A stretch of 64,000 nucleotides of DNA from Octopus bimaculoides (lineage: Eukaryota): contig NC_068986.1 of assembly GCF_001194135.2 (NCBI RefSeq), positions 51,035,366-51,099,365 of the forward strand, written 5' to 3'. The position numbers and the translations under genes are program-made. Below are positions 34,997 to 48,904 of this stretch, one piece after another (the first letter of the stretch is position 1; every line of letters begins with the position of its first letter). The notes under the pieces were generated by a model. That model had not been told where the DNA came from. It did no database searches and saw only the letters and a list, made by a program, of their open reading frames with translations.

Positions 34997-37900
34997 AATT
35001 GTCATTTCAGTTCCTCCATTATTTTTTTTTTAATTTAATTTTCCCATTTATATTTTTATTTTGAACTTTCACATAGAGCCATCTACAAAAGGTAAGATTT
35101 CTTTTGTAACCCCATTGTATTTTAAAAAAACAGAAATAGAATTCTAACAGTTGCCACAAAAAGAATATGGTGAGATATTTCAGTTTCTTTAGATAAGTTT
35201 GGTATTAGTTATCAATAGTCAATTTTGATATTTCTCCTGTATCTAAGGTTAGATCATTTATTTTTCTTTCTTTTTGTTGTTGTTTTATAAGGCTGTATTA
35301 TAGCACAAGAGATTTGTTTCTATAAGTAAAGTCACTAAATAAACAAGTGACTGCATCACAGCTAATGTTCAGTTCAATCACAGAGATTATATAAGAATAG
35401 TTCTCACACCCGGGCTAAAGATTTTACTACCTTGAGAAAATATTACTCATTAAAAAGCAAAACAAACCCAATGCTGTAAAAAATCTTTCCATCCTTAAAT
35501 GCAGAAAGCTCTAGAAAAATCTTACATAGCTTTCTATATAAGTGTAAATGTTAAGTTGTTCTACTTTGTTGTCTTCATATATAGCTGTCATAGGCTCCCC
35601 ATTTACCAGTATTAATAGTAGTCTGTCTCAGTTGGTGTTTTCATTCCAAAAGAACTAAAATTTCTTCTTTTTTCTCTTTCATTGAAATATTTTGAAATGA
35701 TTTTCAATAAAATAATCATGCAAAATTTTACAGCAAGCCACTTGGCAGTAAACTACTTGAGAAGTAAAAATAAATAGTTAAACAATCAGAAGCTAGAACT
35801 TAGTTAATGATTAGCATTGATAAGAAATACCTCTTAATTTAAAGAAGGCAACTATTACTTTACTTCATTCACATCCTCTGCTCCCTCACCTTTACTACCA
35901 CCACTACTACTACTACAACATACTTCACCCTTCATTTTATTGATATAAAGTTCATCAATCATGTATGAAGTTTATGAACAGAAGAATTAAAGCACACAAT
36001 GTCTAAATGTTGTGAAAAATTAAAAAAAAAATTGAACAATATATAGTCTATAGAGAGATACCTTGTACAGCTATAAGGTCAATGCCTATTAGAATTTAGG
36101 TAATTTCCATGTATGGATTTCAAATTAAATTGTCCTCCCTTGTTATTGAATTGTTAGTCATTGGATGACATCAGCTTGACAGAACTGGTTTTTGAACTAT
36201 TTTAACTTTCCAATGCATTTTGGTGTCGATAATACATGTATATATATATATATATATTGGTTGCAACACACACTATTCTTTTGTTAGCACAAGGAGAGTT
36301 TCCAATACTTTAAACACTTGCACCTTGCTTCAACTGAACCCTATTGCATATGCATTTCTTTGTAAAGTTCCTTTATTTCAAGTTTGACTTTTTTCTTCTA
36401 CTAAGAAAACAAAATATTTAGTGCATTCGTTTTTGAAACTGAAGTCACTTATTGATATACATAGCCAAACTTTAATGGTTATCATTGATACAAATAGCAT
36501 TGTAAATAGTCCATTGCATTTATGTTGTCAGTCAAGGTGTTTTTAATAAATTATCAGTACAGTGAACGACAAGTTAGTGTACAAATCACTGTGGGTCATT
36601 TAAACTTAAAAACTAGCTATATTTCTAGGAAAGTGGAGCGCTAATCATTTGGAGCTATCTAATATTTATTTAAGATAAAGGATGTTTAGAAAGAATTTAA
36701 AATTATCACTAAGGTTTGATAGTAATTTTTGTACTTAGGAATTTAGTTACATTCAAAAGATTTCTCATATGCATTTTGAAGCTGTAATTAAAGAAATTCT
36801 GTAATGAAGCATTTAGAAAACCTCATACTTACAGCTCATTGTAACAACTCAGATTACAGTTTAAGAATTTAGTCAGTCTCATTGTAACAACTCACAGTTA
36901 TGTTATGATTTAAGAATTTAGTAACAAAAAAAAATTGTGTATAGTTTAGAATAAACTGAATGATTGAGATTCACACCAAAAGACAAAAGTATTGGTTATA
37001 GTAAGGTTGTAGATGTTTCATGCGGTTCCAGTTTGAATTGTTGGTAGAATTTTTACTTAACTCAAATTTCACAGAAATCTTTAATTATCTTTGCATTATT
37101 AGGTTCAATGAAGGTTGATATTGACCAATAATTTGTTAGTGAGCATTTTAGAAACTCCCTCTCTACTCTATAACTGGACAGAAATTTGATCAGTCAGATA
37201 AAAATGACAAATTGAGTACACCATGTGGACAGCTAATATGCAGCCATCATCATTGTGGACAAATTTCAACAACACCAACGAAGTTTGTCTTCATTCAAGT
37301 TTTCAAACAATATTAAAATTATTTTCTTTTCAACATGCTTCAAATCAAAAAGTATCCCACTAAGGTGCACCTCACATAACTTTTGCTTGTACCTTCCTTA
37401 CTTTTAAAACCTACAAATTTCAGGGTTATGGCCTATGACCTATATTGTTTTGAGCCATAAGCTTGTTCATTCACATCCTGCCATGAAGACTTTAAAAAAA
37501 AAAATTTTTTTTTTAAAGAAATTAACTAAATGTCAATAAAGTGACACTTCTGTGGAGAAAACCACCTAAAACTACTGCATGAGGTATGTTGAACTAAATT
37601 TTTAATCCTTTGAATGCTGGAAGTTTGCAGATTGAGTCTGCAACACACTTCTCAATTCTTAGCCTCACGTTGTTCCGTTACAGGATTTACATTATCGTAA
37701 CTTGTTAGTGTAGTCAGTAGAATGCTGACAAGATGCTTTACGATGTTTGGTACTTTGTGCTTTCAAAATCAAACCCCACTGGTACATCCATCCAAGATCA
37801 GTTAGCAGCTTCTTTCTACCAAAGAAAAAAAAAAAAAGGTGACCTTGTACTTAGTTAAAAGAGGAATATATCAAACTTTTACTAATACCTAATATGATTA

Positions 37901-40900
37901 ATATTATTTTACTGCGCTTCAACAATCTGAAAATTTGAGCTTATCCATTCAGGCAATCATTTATCATCTTAGTTTATTTTTTTATTTGATTTGAAAGTGA
38001 ATTTTTAGGACATGGGTCAGTTTCTTATCAAAGTTTAAAGATTATTTTACTTATTCAAGCAGCAGTTGATATATGAAAATTGAATCAGTCTTACATGACA
38101 GTGGAAACGAAGTAGCTGGATACCTGAATTATGAGCTAAATAATTAAAGCAATTTATTCTGACCATCTGATGGACCAGTTTAAGTGCATCATCCCCAGTT
38201 TGTTATGATTTAATTGGAATGCAGTGTTAATAATGTAGCCTATGATTGCTGTTTCAAAGAAGGATTTCTTTCATGGACCAAGATTCTGTTTTTGGAAGTT
38301 AGGTGTACTTGGAAAAATAAAGTTGATTCCGACAGTATTTGAGCTGAGAACAATGAAGCAGTGAAAAAGATATGAATTTTTATCTTCAATTTTACATTTA
38401 TTGTTACACTATAATGTGACTCCACTCAGTGTTGTTGAGTTTGCATCATTGTATTTGCTAAAAATTCCCCCTGTTTACATTTGATATAATTAATCTAGCA
38501 ATAGAGTTCATGTCAGTGTGGTCACCTGAAAGAATCAGTGAAATGAACTTTTTTTTAACCAATTTCAGAAGAGACCGCTGTGTTCAAAGTAGCACCAGTT
38601 TGTAGTAATATTTGATTCATCTACTTTTAGTGATTGCACTTACTATCTTGACACTATATTTGGATTTTCCTACAACCCATAACTTGACATCAAATAGATT
38701 AATGATACTAAAGCTTCTGATGTTAGATATACATATATTGTATTCTGTAGGTGAAGCATCAGATAAACATGTTTAATATTTGAAAACCTAAAAGACTTTC
38801 ATGATAGATATATTTATATACAGTTATTCAAAATTTGACTTCCTATGTTATATGATTGAGCTAATTGGATATGATGTCTTCTGTAACTCTTTTTTATGAT
38901 TGGTTAATATTTGAAAGATTAATCCTACAAAGTCCAAAGAAAATATTGAAATTTATTTGTTAGGAAAGCTACATATCTTGAATGCATTGTATTACTGTTA
39001 CTTTTCATGATAGTTTTCCCATGCTATCTTGAGACAATATATATTGACATCTTGAGACAAGGTGTCAAATTTATACATTTGAGGAATCACCGTGATTTCT
39101 TTTCTTTTTCTTTACGTACAGAAGGATATTGTATCAACAAGCAATCACCATGTAATAAGGATGATAGCAATGTTTTTGCCTTGATAGATTGAGTCAAGAA
39201 CACAGCACTGTTTCAGGTCTTTATCTTACTTTTTTTTTTTTTTACTTTACAGTGTTATACCTAAACTCAGTCTTGTTATTTAGAATATTTCTTCTAACTC
39301 AACAGGCATACAATTGCATTCATAAATCACTGTTGTATTATAATTGCTTATCACCTAGATGAGATAAGGATGACTGAGACTAACACAGGAACCACTTTAT
39401 CATGAAGCTATGCAACATTAATACTGGCACCTTCTAAAAATAATATTAGTGAAAAAGCAAAGAATTTCTGACACATGTATGAAAAACTTAAGGTGTTAGC
39501 TGGATTGAGCTACTGAAGACAGTGAAGCTAAATGTAATGGAAACAATTTTTATTAAAAAGAATTCCTATTTAATGATATAATAATATCTGCATGAGGTAT
39601 GGCTTTGTGGATATGAAGCTTGCTTCATAAACTGCATTACTACTTGGTTTTGTGCTGCACTTTACTGTGTAGCACCCTAGACAAGTGCCCTATATTATAA
39701 ACCTTAGATCAACTAATGTTTTGTGGGTGGAAATTGGTATGGAAGTCTTAATGTTGGCGTTTCACAGTTTTCTTTGTTACCACCTGAATGAAGCAATGAT
39801 GCAATGTATATTTTCCCTGATAACCCATCTTGCTCTGCATTTTCGAAGACTAGTAGAATAAAAGAAAGAAAAAAAAAACCCACTTGAAAAAACAGAGATT
39901 GGTAACAGCAAAGACATCCAGATGCTTAAAAGAATGCTGTAAAAGTCTTCGTTGAACCTATTCTAGCATGGAAAAACCAGATATAAAATGAACAAACAAA
40001 ACTATTTCAGCTCAATACTGCATTGGCATTTTACTGTTTGAAATTTAGCTATGACCAGATTAAGATTAAAATATTAAAAGCAAACTTGATTTATTCTGTA
40101 TTTGAGAGATCACATAAGTAGCTATCAAGTCCAAGATACACACCTATACATTTAAATTATACACATTTCTGCTCTTTAATTCATGTTTCATTTACAAGCT
40201 TCCATATTACAAAATCAAATCTACCAGCCATATTCTTTAACCTTGTTAACAGCGATTGAACAGCTCAATGAACAAAGCATTTCATCAGTAACCAACCTGT
40301 CTTGTAGTCGTTGGCAGTGTATCTATATCTACATTATTCAGTGTGTCCTTTTCTTTTTTAAGACTGTAGGGTATGATTTAAGAGAAATTTTCTTTCTATT
40401 TCTAGCAGGACAGGCCTACACATAATTGATGTCTTGTTAACATCAAACTCCTTTTGATGCTAAAATGTATTTTCCTTCAGTTTTTAAAATCCTTAATTGC
40501 TCTGGTAAACTTCATTCAAGCATTGAGGACAGTGTTGGCAATAGAAGAGGAAATAAGTAATGAAATTAGAGAGAATTAGTTTTTTAATTGAAAAATAATT
40601 ATCTATTGTTTACCATGTACCTTTCATCACATTTGCTAAAATTAGTAAGTAGATCTCCCTCAGATACTTTCATCTTAAAAGGAAGGACATTTTGGATGAT
40701 GTAGTTCTAGATACATATAGCCTGATGGTAGTAATTGGGATACATGGTCACACAACACTTAGTCATAAGTTCACTCAATCTGGGTCTCTGAGTTTTAACT
40801 AATGTAGACAAATTGATTCACTGATAACAGTGAAATAGTGATGAAGAATTGCCATTAGTGTGGAAAATGAAATTTTAAAATGCCATTTAATCTTTGATTT

Positions 40901-42679
40901 TGTATAGGCACAAGCATCGCTGTGTGGTTGAGAAACTTGCTTCCTAACCATGTGGTGTCTGGCAGGTATTTTCTATGTTAGCCCTGTGCCAACCAAAACG
41001 TTTTGAGTGGATTTGGTAAATGGAAACTGAAAGAATCATTTTGTGTGTGTGTGTGTCATTTGTCTTTGACATCATGATGGTAAACAAGCATCACTATCAT
41101 ACAAGCAATGTTGATTGTTTATAGTCTTCTGTGAAGACATGTACAGCCACAGGGAAATATTACCTTGGAGAAAGGGGAAGGTTGGTGACAGGATGAGTAT
41201 CTGGTTGGAGAAAATCTATCTCAACAAATTCCCCCTGACCCATGCAAGCATGGGGGAAATGGGCATCAAAGCACTGATGAAATAATGATGTACAAGAAAA
41301 AACTTTAATGCTTTGGAACAAGATCTAAATGAGTTAAAAAAAAAAAAAAAAAGTTCTACATACCGTGAATTGGATTAAGAATTGGAGAAACCACCTCTAG
41401 GGCAACTTGCAAACACGGCTGCACATATGTGTGTCTATATACATACATACATATATACACATACCAGCAAAAAAAACAAAAAAACAGTATATTGTGTTCA
41501 ACAAAGTTGGCAATTCACTCTATTGCTACTCCAATTTTTTATATGCAGTCTTTCAAGTGACAAAAGATGTTTTGTTGCCTAATAGATTGTATATAGTAAC
41601 AGTTAGTGATAGTTTCAAATCAATGTTTCAGTCTTTCTTCACAATAATTGGTTAAAAAAAAAAAGTGGACATGCAAATTTCATACTTAAAATAAATTAAA
41701 AAATACTTTTAGAATGTTGCTGCTTGTTTCAACATCTATCTGGCCACACACCTGCAAACATGTTAATCACTACAACACATACGTTACCTGTAATTAGATT
41801 CACCTAGATAAAAATCATGAAGCCAATTTGGTTAAGAACCTCTTGTTAAATTGTGTTCTAAAAAATCACATTAATATGTTGTAATTAAAAAAACAGAACT
41901 GTTTTATTGAACCAGTTATAAATTCACGATTATTTTAGAAGGGATAATTTTTTTTTAGTTTTGGGGAAATTACATTTTGTTCTGCATACTAAAACATTTT
42001 CTTCACACTGGATGTATCTTATAGACTTGGCTATTTAGTAATGGTTTCATTAGTGTAATAGTAAATATTTTAAATCTTACAGAAATGGTGGGTGTTTTTA
42101 AAACCCTTTACATCAATTTGAAGGAATTCTTTTATATATATATATGATGAAAAAAGTGAGAGAAGGAAGGCACTGGCATAACTAGTTAAGAAGTTCACTT
42201 CTCAACCACATGGTTTCAAGTTCAGTCCCATTATATGGAATGAGCAAGTGTCCTCGGCTCTGTCATTTGGTTGACCAAAGCTTTATGAATGGATTTGGTA
42301 GATGGAAACTAAAAGAAAACTTGTGTGTGGGAATATCTATCTATGTCTCTCTAGTATATATATGTGTCTGTCTGTCTATCTATCCTTGTCTTGACATCAG
42401 GTGGTAGTATCACTGGCATATAGGTAGCAGCATTCATTTTCAGTCTTCTGTGAAAATGTGTTTAACCAAGGGGAAACTGGTGATGGTTGATGACAAGAAG
42501 TGCATCCTGCTGTAGAAGATTTGCTTCAGTGAATTACATCTGACTTTATGCTATCCTGGAAATGTGGACACCTTGATATAGTGTGATAATTGTGAATGAA
42601 TATCAGTCATACAAGCTGTATCATTTGTTTTTCAATTGTACATGGGAACATCTGGTCATGGGGGAAATATTGCTTTCAG

Positions 42680-42880
42680 ATTTTGACACAAGGCCAGCAA
42701 TATTGGGGTAGGGGGTAAATCAGTTACACATTGACACCAGTGTTCAACCGGTATTTATTTTATCGACCCCCAAAAGGATTAAAGGCTAAGTTGGCTTTTG
42801 TGGAATTTGAACTCAGAACCTAAAAACAGATGAAATGCTGCTAACCATTTTGCTTGATGTGCTAACAATTCTGCTAGTTT
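42680..42880 (-). mobile_element. SINE family C
   Basis: Reverse complement of the family C body; other copies at ~43870-44030 and ~44050-44480. Confidence 0.65.
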
Positions 42881-45800
42881 GCTGCCCTAGGTCATACGGG
42901 GAATGTTATCTTGTTTTGAAACTAGTGAGGATTGTTAACAGGAAGGGCATAGAAAAAAATCTACCTCAACAAATTTTACCTGATCCATGCAAGTATAGGA
43001 ATGTAGATGTTCAAATGGTATATATAAACACATACACAAATGTATACATATACATGACTATAGTAAATGTTTGTTAAACATGAAACTATTCAAATTGTTG
43101 ATCTTTAACTGTGAAGGAAATCTGAGGAAGATGTAGAGCCAGGAAGACATGGGATGAAGTGGTGAAGCATGATCTTCAAATGCTGAATCTCGGAGGCGAT
43201 GACAAGTGATTGAGTCATTTGCTGTGCTTGAGAGAACTTGTCAGGTTAAATGAAATCAGACACCCACTACACTATATAGTGGTTGGGGTTGGAAAGGGCA
43301 CTCAGCTGTAAGCCAAATCAGACCTGAACCTGGCACAGTTCTCTAGCTTTCTAGTTCTGGTCAAGCTGTCTAATCCATGTGTTCTCAACCATTTTTTACC
43401 TATGGACTCTTGATTCCCATTTTATTTGAGTGGACCCCCTTAACCATTCAATGTTTGAAAAATCCTATTGTATTTTTATAATTAAATATTAGGACTTCCA
43501 TAAAAATTGTTTAAATATTTTATGTATTCTGGACATAGAACCAATTTACTGGTCTGAAGTACAATATTTTCCATGGACCCTGAAAAATTACTGTGGACCC
43601 TCGATTTACTATATTGCATCTGTGAACTGCACCAAATCTTATATGGACCCTGGTCCATATAGAATTCATTTACAGCTGAGTGGACTGGGCTCAATCATGA
43701 GGTAGTGAGTTCATTTCCCACACCAGACAGTGTGTTCTTGAGCAAGACACTTTATGGAAAGTGTATGCTAAATGATGTGTATAGGTTTTAATCGGGTCTT
43801 TGATCAAGATAACACTTGGTATATCACTAACATTATAGTGGGGTGTAACTTAACATTGTATATTTTCTACTCTAGGCACAAGGCCTGAAATTTTTGTGGA
43901 GGGGGCCAATCGATTAGATCAACCCTAGTACACAACTGGTACTTAATTTGTTGACCTTGGTGGATTTGAAGACAGACGAAATACTGGAAAGCATTTTGCC
44001 TGGTGTGCTAATGTTTCTTCCAGCTCGCTCCTTAACATTGTATATTCTTTTTTACTCAAGACACAAAGCCTGAAATTTTTTTTTTCTGGAGTGGGGGNNN
44101 NNNNNNNNNNNNNNNNNNNNNNNNNNNNNNNNNNNNNNNNNNNNNNNNNNNNNNNNNNNNNNNNNNNNNNNNNNNNNNNNNNNNNNNNNNNNNNNNNNNN
44201 NNNNNNNNNNNNNNNNNNNNNNNNNNNNNNNNNNNNNNNNNNNNNNNNNNNNNNNNNNNNNNNNNNNNNNNNNNNNNNNNNNNNNNNNNNNNNNNNGGGG
44301 GGGGGGGCAGTTGATTGGATTGATCCCAGTACACAACTGTTACTTAATTTATTGACCCTGAAAGGATGAAAAGCAAAGTCAGCTTTGGCAGAATTTGAAC
44401 TCTGGATGTCAAGACAGACGAAATACTGCAAAGAATTTTCCACAGCATGCTAATGTTTCTGCCAGCTTGCTGCTTTCTTAATATTGTATATTGATGAAAC
44501 AATGGTTTTAACTTGCCATCATAAACCTAAATGGTAACAATACTTTAAAATGATTTGAACGGTTATAGTAAAAGATTGTCATGTTGCAAGTTAAATACAT
44601 ATATATATATATATATATATCATTGAAGAAAGAAGAAATGGTTTCTCTTTATTTGATACTCAGATGGAGTTGTGTTTACACCTAGCTTTTTTTGACAAAT
44701 TGATAAGTTATTGGATGGACAAGTTACATCTGATCAATGATTATTGTACTATACTATTGAGGTGCTAAAAACTACAAGAAAAATCAAGAAGCTCAGCCAA
44801 CCAGAACTTTCAAGGATATGTGAACCAGACCATGCAACTGTACACCACACTTGATCAGTGACTATGCAAAAATATACGTTATTGATTGTTTATTTAATCA
44901 GCTAACTTTGTGAAGATTAATCTGTTTCTTTCATGCAGAGTTCACCATGGTTACTCATCAGCAGCTGTAAACTTGACAACTTATCTTAGTTTACAGTTAT
45001 TTTATTCAACCAGAGTCAAGTAAATGTCCAAATTCCAAATTCTTAAAAAGTTTACCCATAGAAATAACTTTAAATGGTGGTTCCAGATTTAGTTTTATTT
45101 TTTGTTAGCTTTAAGCCATGCCATTTATTCTGTAAAGAACATTGTTCAGAATATCAGTTTGCAAGGATACAGTAAGATTCTGGTCTCAACAAGCTCTCAA
45201 CCACTGACCTGTTCTCCCATTGTAGTACATTTGGGTCTAAGTGTATTTATATTTCTAGATGTAAGCAAGTTGTGTAGAGGCAGATGTGTAATTTAGTTAT
45301 TGAATCTATTTTCCTCTGTTCCTTATGTTTGACTTCAGAATAATATATATTTCTGTACAAAATTGCAAACAGTTGATATTTTAAATCCAAATCTTTTTTG
45401 ACTGTTAGATAAATATCTTAAATTTTGCAAACTACACTATCTTGAGAGTTAGGATGTTATTTACTGAAATAGAATCTGCATAAAGCTTTTATTTATCTAT
45501 CTTAAACTTCGTTTTAAAAGAGACAAAAAACAGCAAGTCAAGGAAAAGATTAAATAATTTGAAGGAAAATAATGTGTTTTTGCAAAGTTAATTTGTGGTT
45601 TATTAGATATTAGTTGCAGAAAGAATACTGGTATGGATGTAAGATGAAAATTTTACATCTTGAATCTTAAAAAGTTCTTTTGATGGCAAGAAATTATTCT
45701 AGGTAGTAGCAGAAGCATTGATTATCCTCAGAGATGATGGAATGATAACAAATTCAGTGTTGCAGAAGTATCAAAACTGGAATCATGAGGTGTTATAGAA

Positions 45801-47514
45801 GCATTTTACATTTTATAATGGACTCACACACACACACAAATATGTATTGTACAGTTGATGCTAAGAATGGCATTCAGTTGAAGATGCATTTATGTAAACC
45901 TATTCTTAACCTATTGCAGCTTAACCCTTCATATAGCAACTGCTACATTCATCTTTCTCATAACATGATATTAGTCAATGGATTTACTCAGTTTCTACAT
46001 TAGTCCTATCTCCTTTGATGTTCAGCCTATGACACACATTTTCATCATACACCACGTAAACCAAAGGCACATGAGGTGTGGGTCACAGGCAGAGTAAACA
46101 GACATATACAGCAGGCACATGAAGCAAAAAGCACTAAAAACACACAAATAATAGAATCTGTGAAATTACGAGAAAGTTCTCGAGAAGTTAATAGCTTTTG
46201 CTACTTAACTGATCAGCAGTTGCGGTTGAAGGGCTGAATAGCAAGACTAAGGACAGGTCGTTAATGTTCAGCAAGCTGTTACCTCTGTTAGTTACAAATG
46301 ACTTCTCACTTCAGTGAAGGACAGATTGTACATTGTGTGCATAGATGATATACTGAATATTTGTAACAGCTGGAAAGAAATGAAGTAAGTGTGCTTCAGT
46401 GGTTGTGTAATGTTATGTTAGTGTGAATGAGTAACAGTATAAATAAGTTGAGAGACAGCCTGGATGTCATGTGAAATGTACTGAAAAGAGAAGACTGCAC
46501 TGATACAGGCAAGTGATTTGTAAGATGGATGCAGCTGTGCAAAGAAGTACTCTGTGAATGGAACTTCTGGAAGAAGGCGACTGAAAGAAATCAGTGAAGA
46601 CTGATCTCAAGATGTTGCAGCTTATGGAAGTAACAAAAGAATCAGGTTGATAGAAGACTTGAACACCTGAGTAAGCATGGTGAATCGAATATCGAAAATG
46701 GTGAAAGTAATGAAGACAGATGCATGAGTATTATCTATAGTGTGAAGGCACATGGCTTAGTAGTTAGAGCGTTGGGCTCAATCATGAGGCAGTGAGTTCA
46801 TTTCCTGCACCAGACGGCATATTGTGTTCTTGAGCAAGACACTTTATTTCATGTTGCTTCAGTTCATTCAGCAGCAGAAATGAGTTCTAACATCACTAGT
46901 GCCAAGCTGTATCAACCCTTGCCTTTCCCTTGGATAACAGCAATGGCACGGAGAGGGGAGGCTGGTATGCATGGGTGACTGCTGGTTTTCCATAAACAGA
47001 CTTTTGCCTCGGAGGGGAATTTTCTAGGTGCAATACCATGGTCAAACATGACTGAAGGGGGTCTTTACCCTTATTTATAGTCAAGTTTATAACTACTGCT
47101 TTCCCTGTAGCTTTGACGCCCTCTCATCTCCCTATCACTCCTTTCCCCATCTCATCTCTATCAATTGTGCTATTCATACAACAATGAATGGTATGAGACC
47201 TAGGTCTGTAATGAATTCTAGGATTTGTCTGGTCAGGGTTTAACTGGTTTTCATGACCTATACATGACTGATAATAGCAAGACTCTCCTCTGAATGGGAT
47301 GCCAATCCATCACGGTAAACTCCCAGCTATTGCTAGAATTCATTTACAGCTGAGTGGACTGGGGCAATGGGAAATAGAAGGAAGGAAATCAAAGTGTTTT
47401 GCTTTAGAATGCAGTGCTCCAACTTGTTTGGAAATTGAAACTCTGATTATATGATTGTGAGTGCAACACTGTAACCACTAGGCCACAAGCCTTCATGGTA
47501 TGAAACTTACCTAT

Positions 47515-48258
47515 AGGGCTTTCCTATAAGTAGGTTATCTCCCTTGGCTAGGCGGCGCTCCATGTAGATAATTAAACTTCCGGAGGCTACCCACGCCATT
47601 GTTATTGTTTTATGTCTTATCATGGATATAAAGCAGCTTGATGATTCAGCTATCGAAGTACTTACTGTGCCTGAGTTAAAGAAATATTTAAGATTATATG
47701 GACAGTATGTTACTGGAAGAAAGGCGGACTTGACTGAAAGGTTGAAAGGAATAAAAATTCTGTCGATGAAGAATGTCAACAAAGTAAATTCATCGGACGA
47801 TACTTCAGACAGGAATAAGCAGAAGCTTATATCTCCTCTCGGTGAAGTATTGCCTGATCTAAANNNNNNNNNNNNNNNNNNNNNNNNNNNNNNTCTAAAG
47901 ATCTTTGTAAGTTGCTGAATTTCACAGATAATGACATAATTACCTCGTGCTACGGATGAAAGCAAAGCAACAGTTAAGGAGTGGCATATTTTACCATGAC
48001 AGACACGTACACAGCATCGAATACCACGATGTGAGTGAAAGCTGCTCTCACTGTATTGTCCGGTGTCTGGTAATTCCTTTGATACCGACATCAAACCAAA
48101 AAAAGAATCCTGACCACAGAGTGTGGGTAATTATGTCAAATGTCACTGGCAATGTGCATTCAGCTGATTGCAACTGTTAAAGCAAGTAACTGAGCATGCG
48201 TACATGTCATACGGGAGAGTTCCAATCTGGGGTGGATAACACCTTATAGGAAAGCTCT
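47515..48258 (+). mobile_element. TIR-bounded non-autonomous DNA transposon with SAP- and SWIM-coding remnants (ISL2EU/PHIS-like, inferred)
   Basis: Left end TATAGGGCTTTCCTATAAG versus reverse complement of right end TATAGAGCTTTCCTATAAG (18/19 match), AT or TA flanks. Internal LTVPELKKYLRLYGQYVTGRKADLTERL (SAP) and HRVWVIMSNVTGNVHSADCNC (SWIM-like start). Confidence 0.7.
47622..48180 (+). pseudogene. Truncated, frameshifted SAP-SWIM ORF inside the mini-transposon
   Basis: ORFs 47622..47918 and 47947..48180; 30-N gap at 47864-47893; frameshift near 47935; stop right after CNC. Confidence 0.65.
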
Positions 48259-48904
48259 ATATTCAATCTCCTCTTACCATTCTCTTCACTCCTTTCTCTG
48301 ACAAAGTCTGCCTATATTTGTATTCAATACAACTCTACCTTCATCTTTTCTCTACTGCCAGTCATCACTTTACCCTCAGGTCATTTACTGTCCTCTATCT
48401 CCGTTACCATTGTATTCCTCTATTATTATCCACCACTTTCTCACCTTCACCCTACTCATTTCTGTTTCTATCATCATCCTTTTGCTCCTTTCACCCAGCT
48501 ATCCTCATTCTTTTCTCATCATTCTCATATTCATCTTTATCTCACTGATTTGAGTACATGTTTTAGAATAGTGAATATCCTTTGTTGTTATAGTGGGCAA
48601 GACAATCCCTCATGCTACTAGTACCCTCTGAAGTGGTCAGTGAATGAACAGATGAAGTGTAGAGTTGAGAGGCCTTAACCATTTAACATTTAAGCTGGCC
48701 ATATCTGGCTCAAAATGTTCTTGTTTTATGTGTCCAGATCTGGCCTCTCAAACTTATCCTACAAGATCGTTCAAAGATAAACAGATACATCATTGAAATT
48801 TCAAAGCTGTGAGACAATGCATGATCAATTCAAAACCATGTGAATAAATAACAATACATTTGACAGAGTAATCTGAATGCTAAAGGGTTAATTGTCTTGT
48901 TGAG

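Noticed and set aside
36835-36925. Short local tandem duplications (also ~28870-28920 and ~59800-59935)
   Set aside because: Two-copy slippage products with no further structure.
44920-44965. Minus-strand CTGATGA...GAAA spacing
   Set aside because: Stem II does not pair beyond two bases and there is no stem III; other CTGATGA hits (14344, 25030, 41273, 53303, 62019) also lack the fold.
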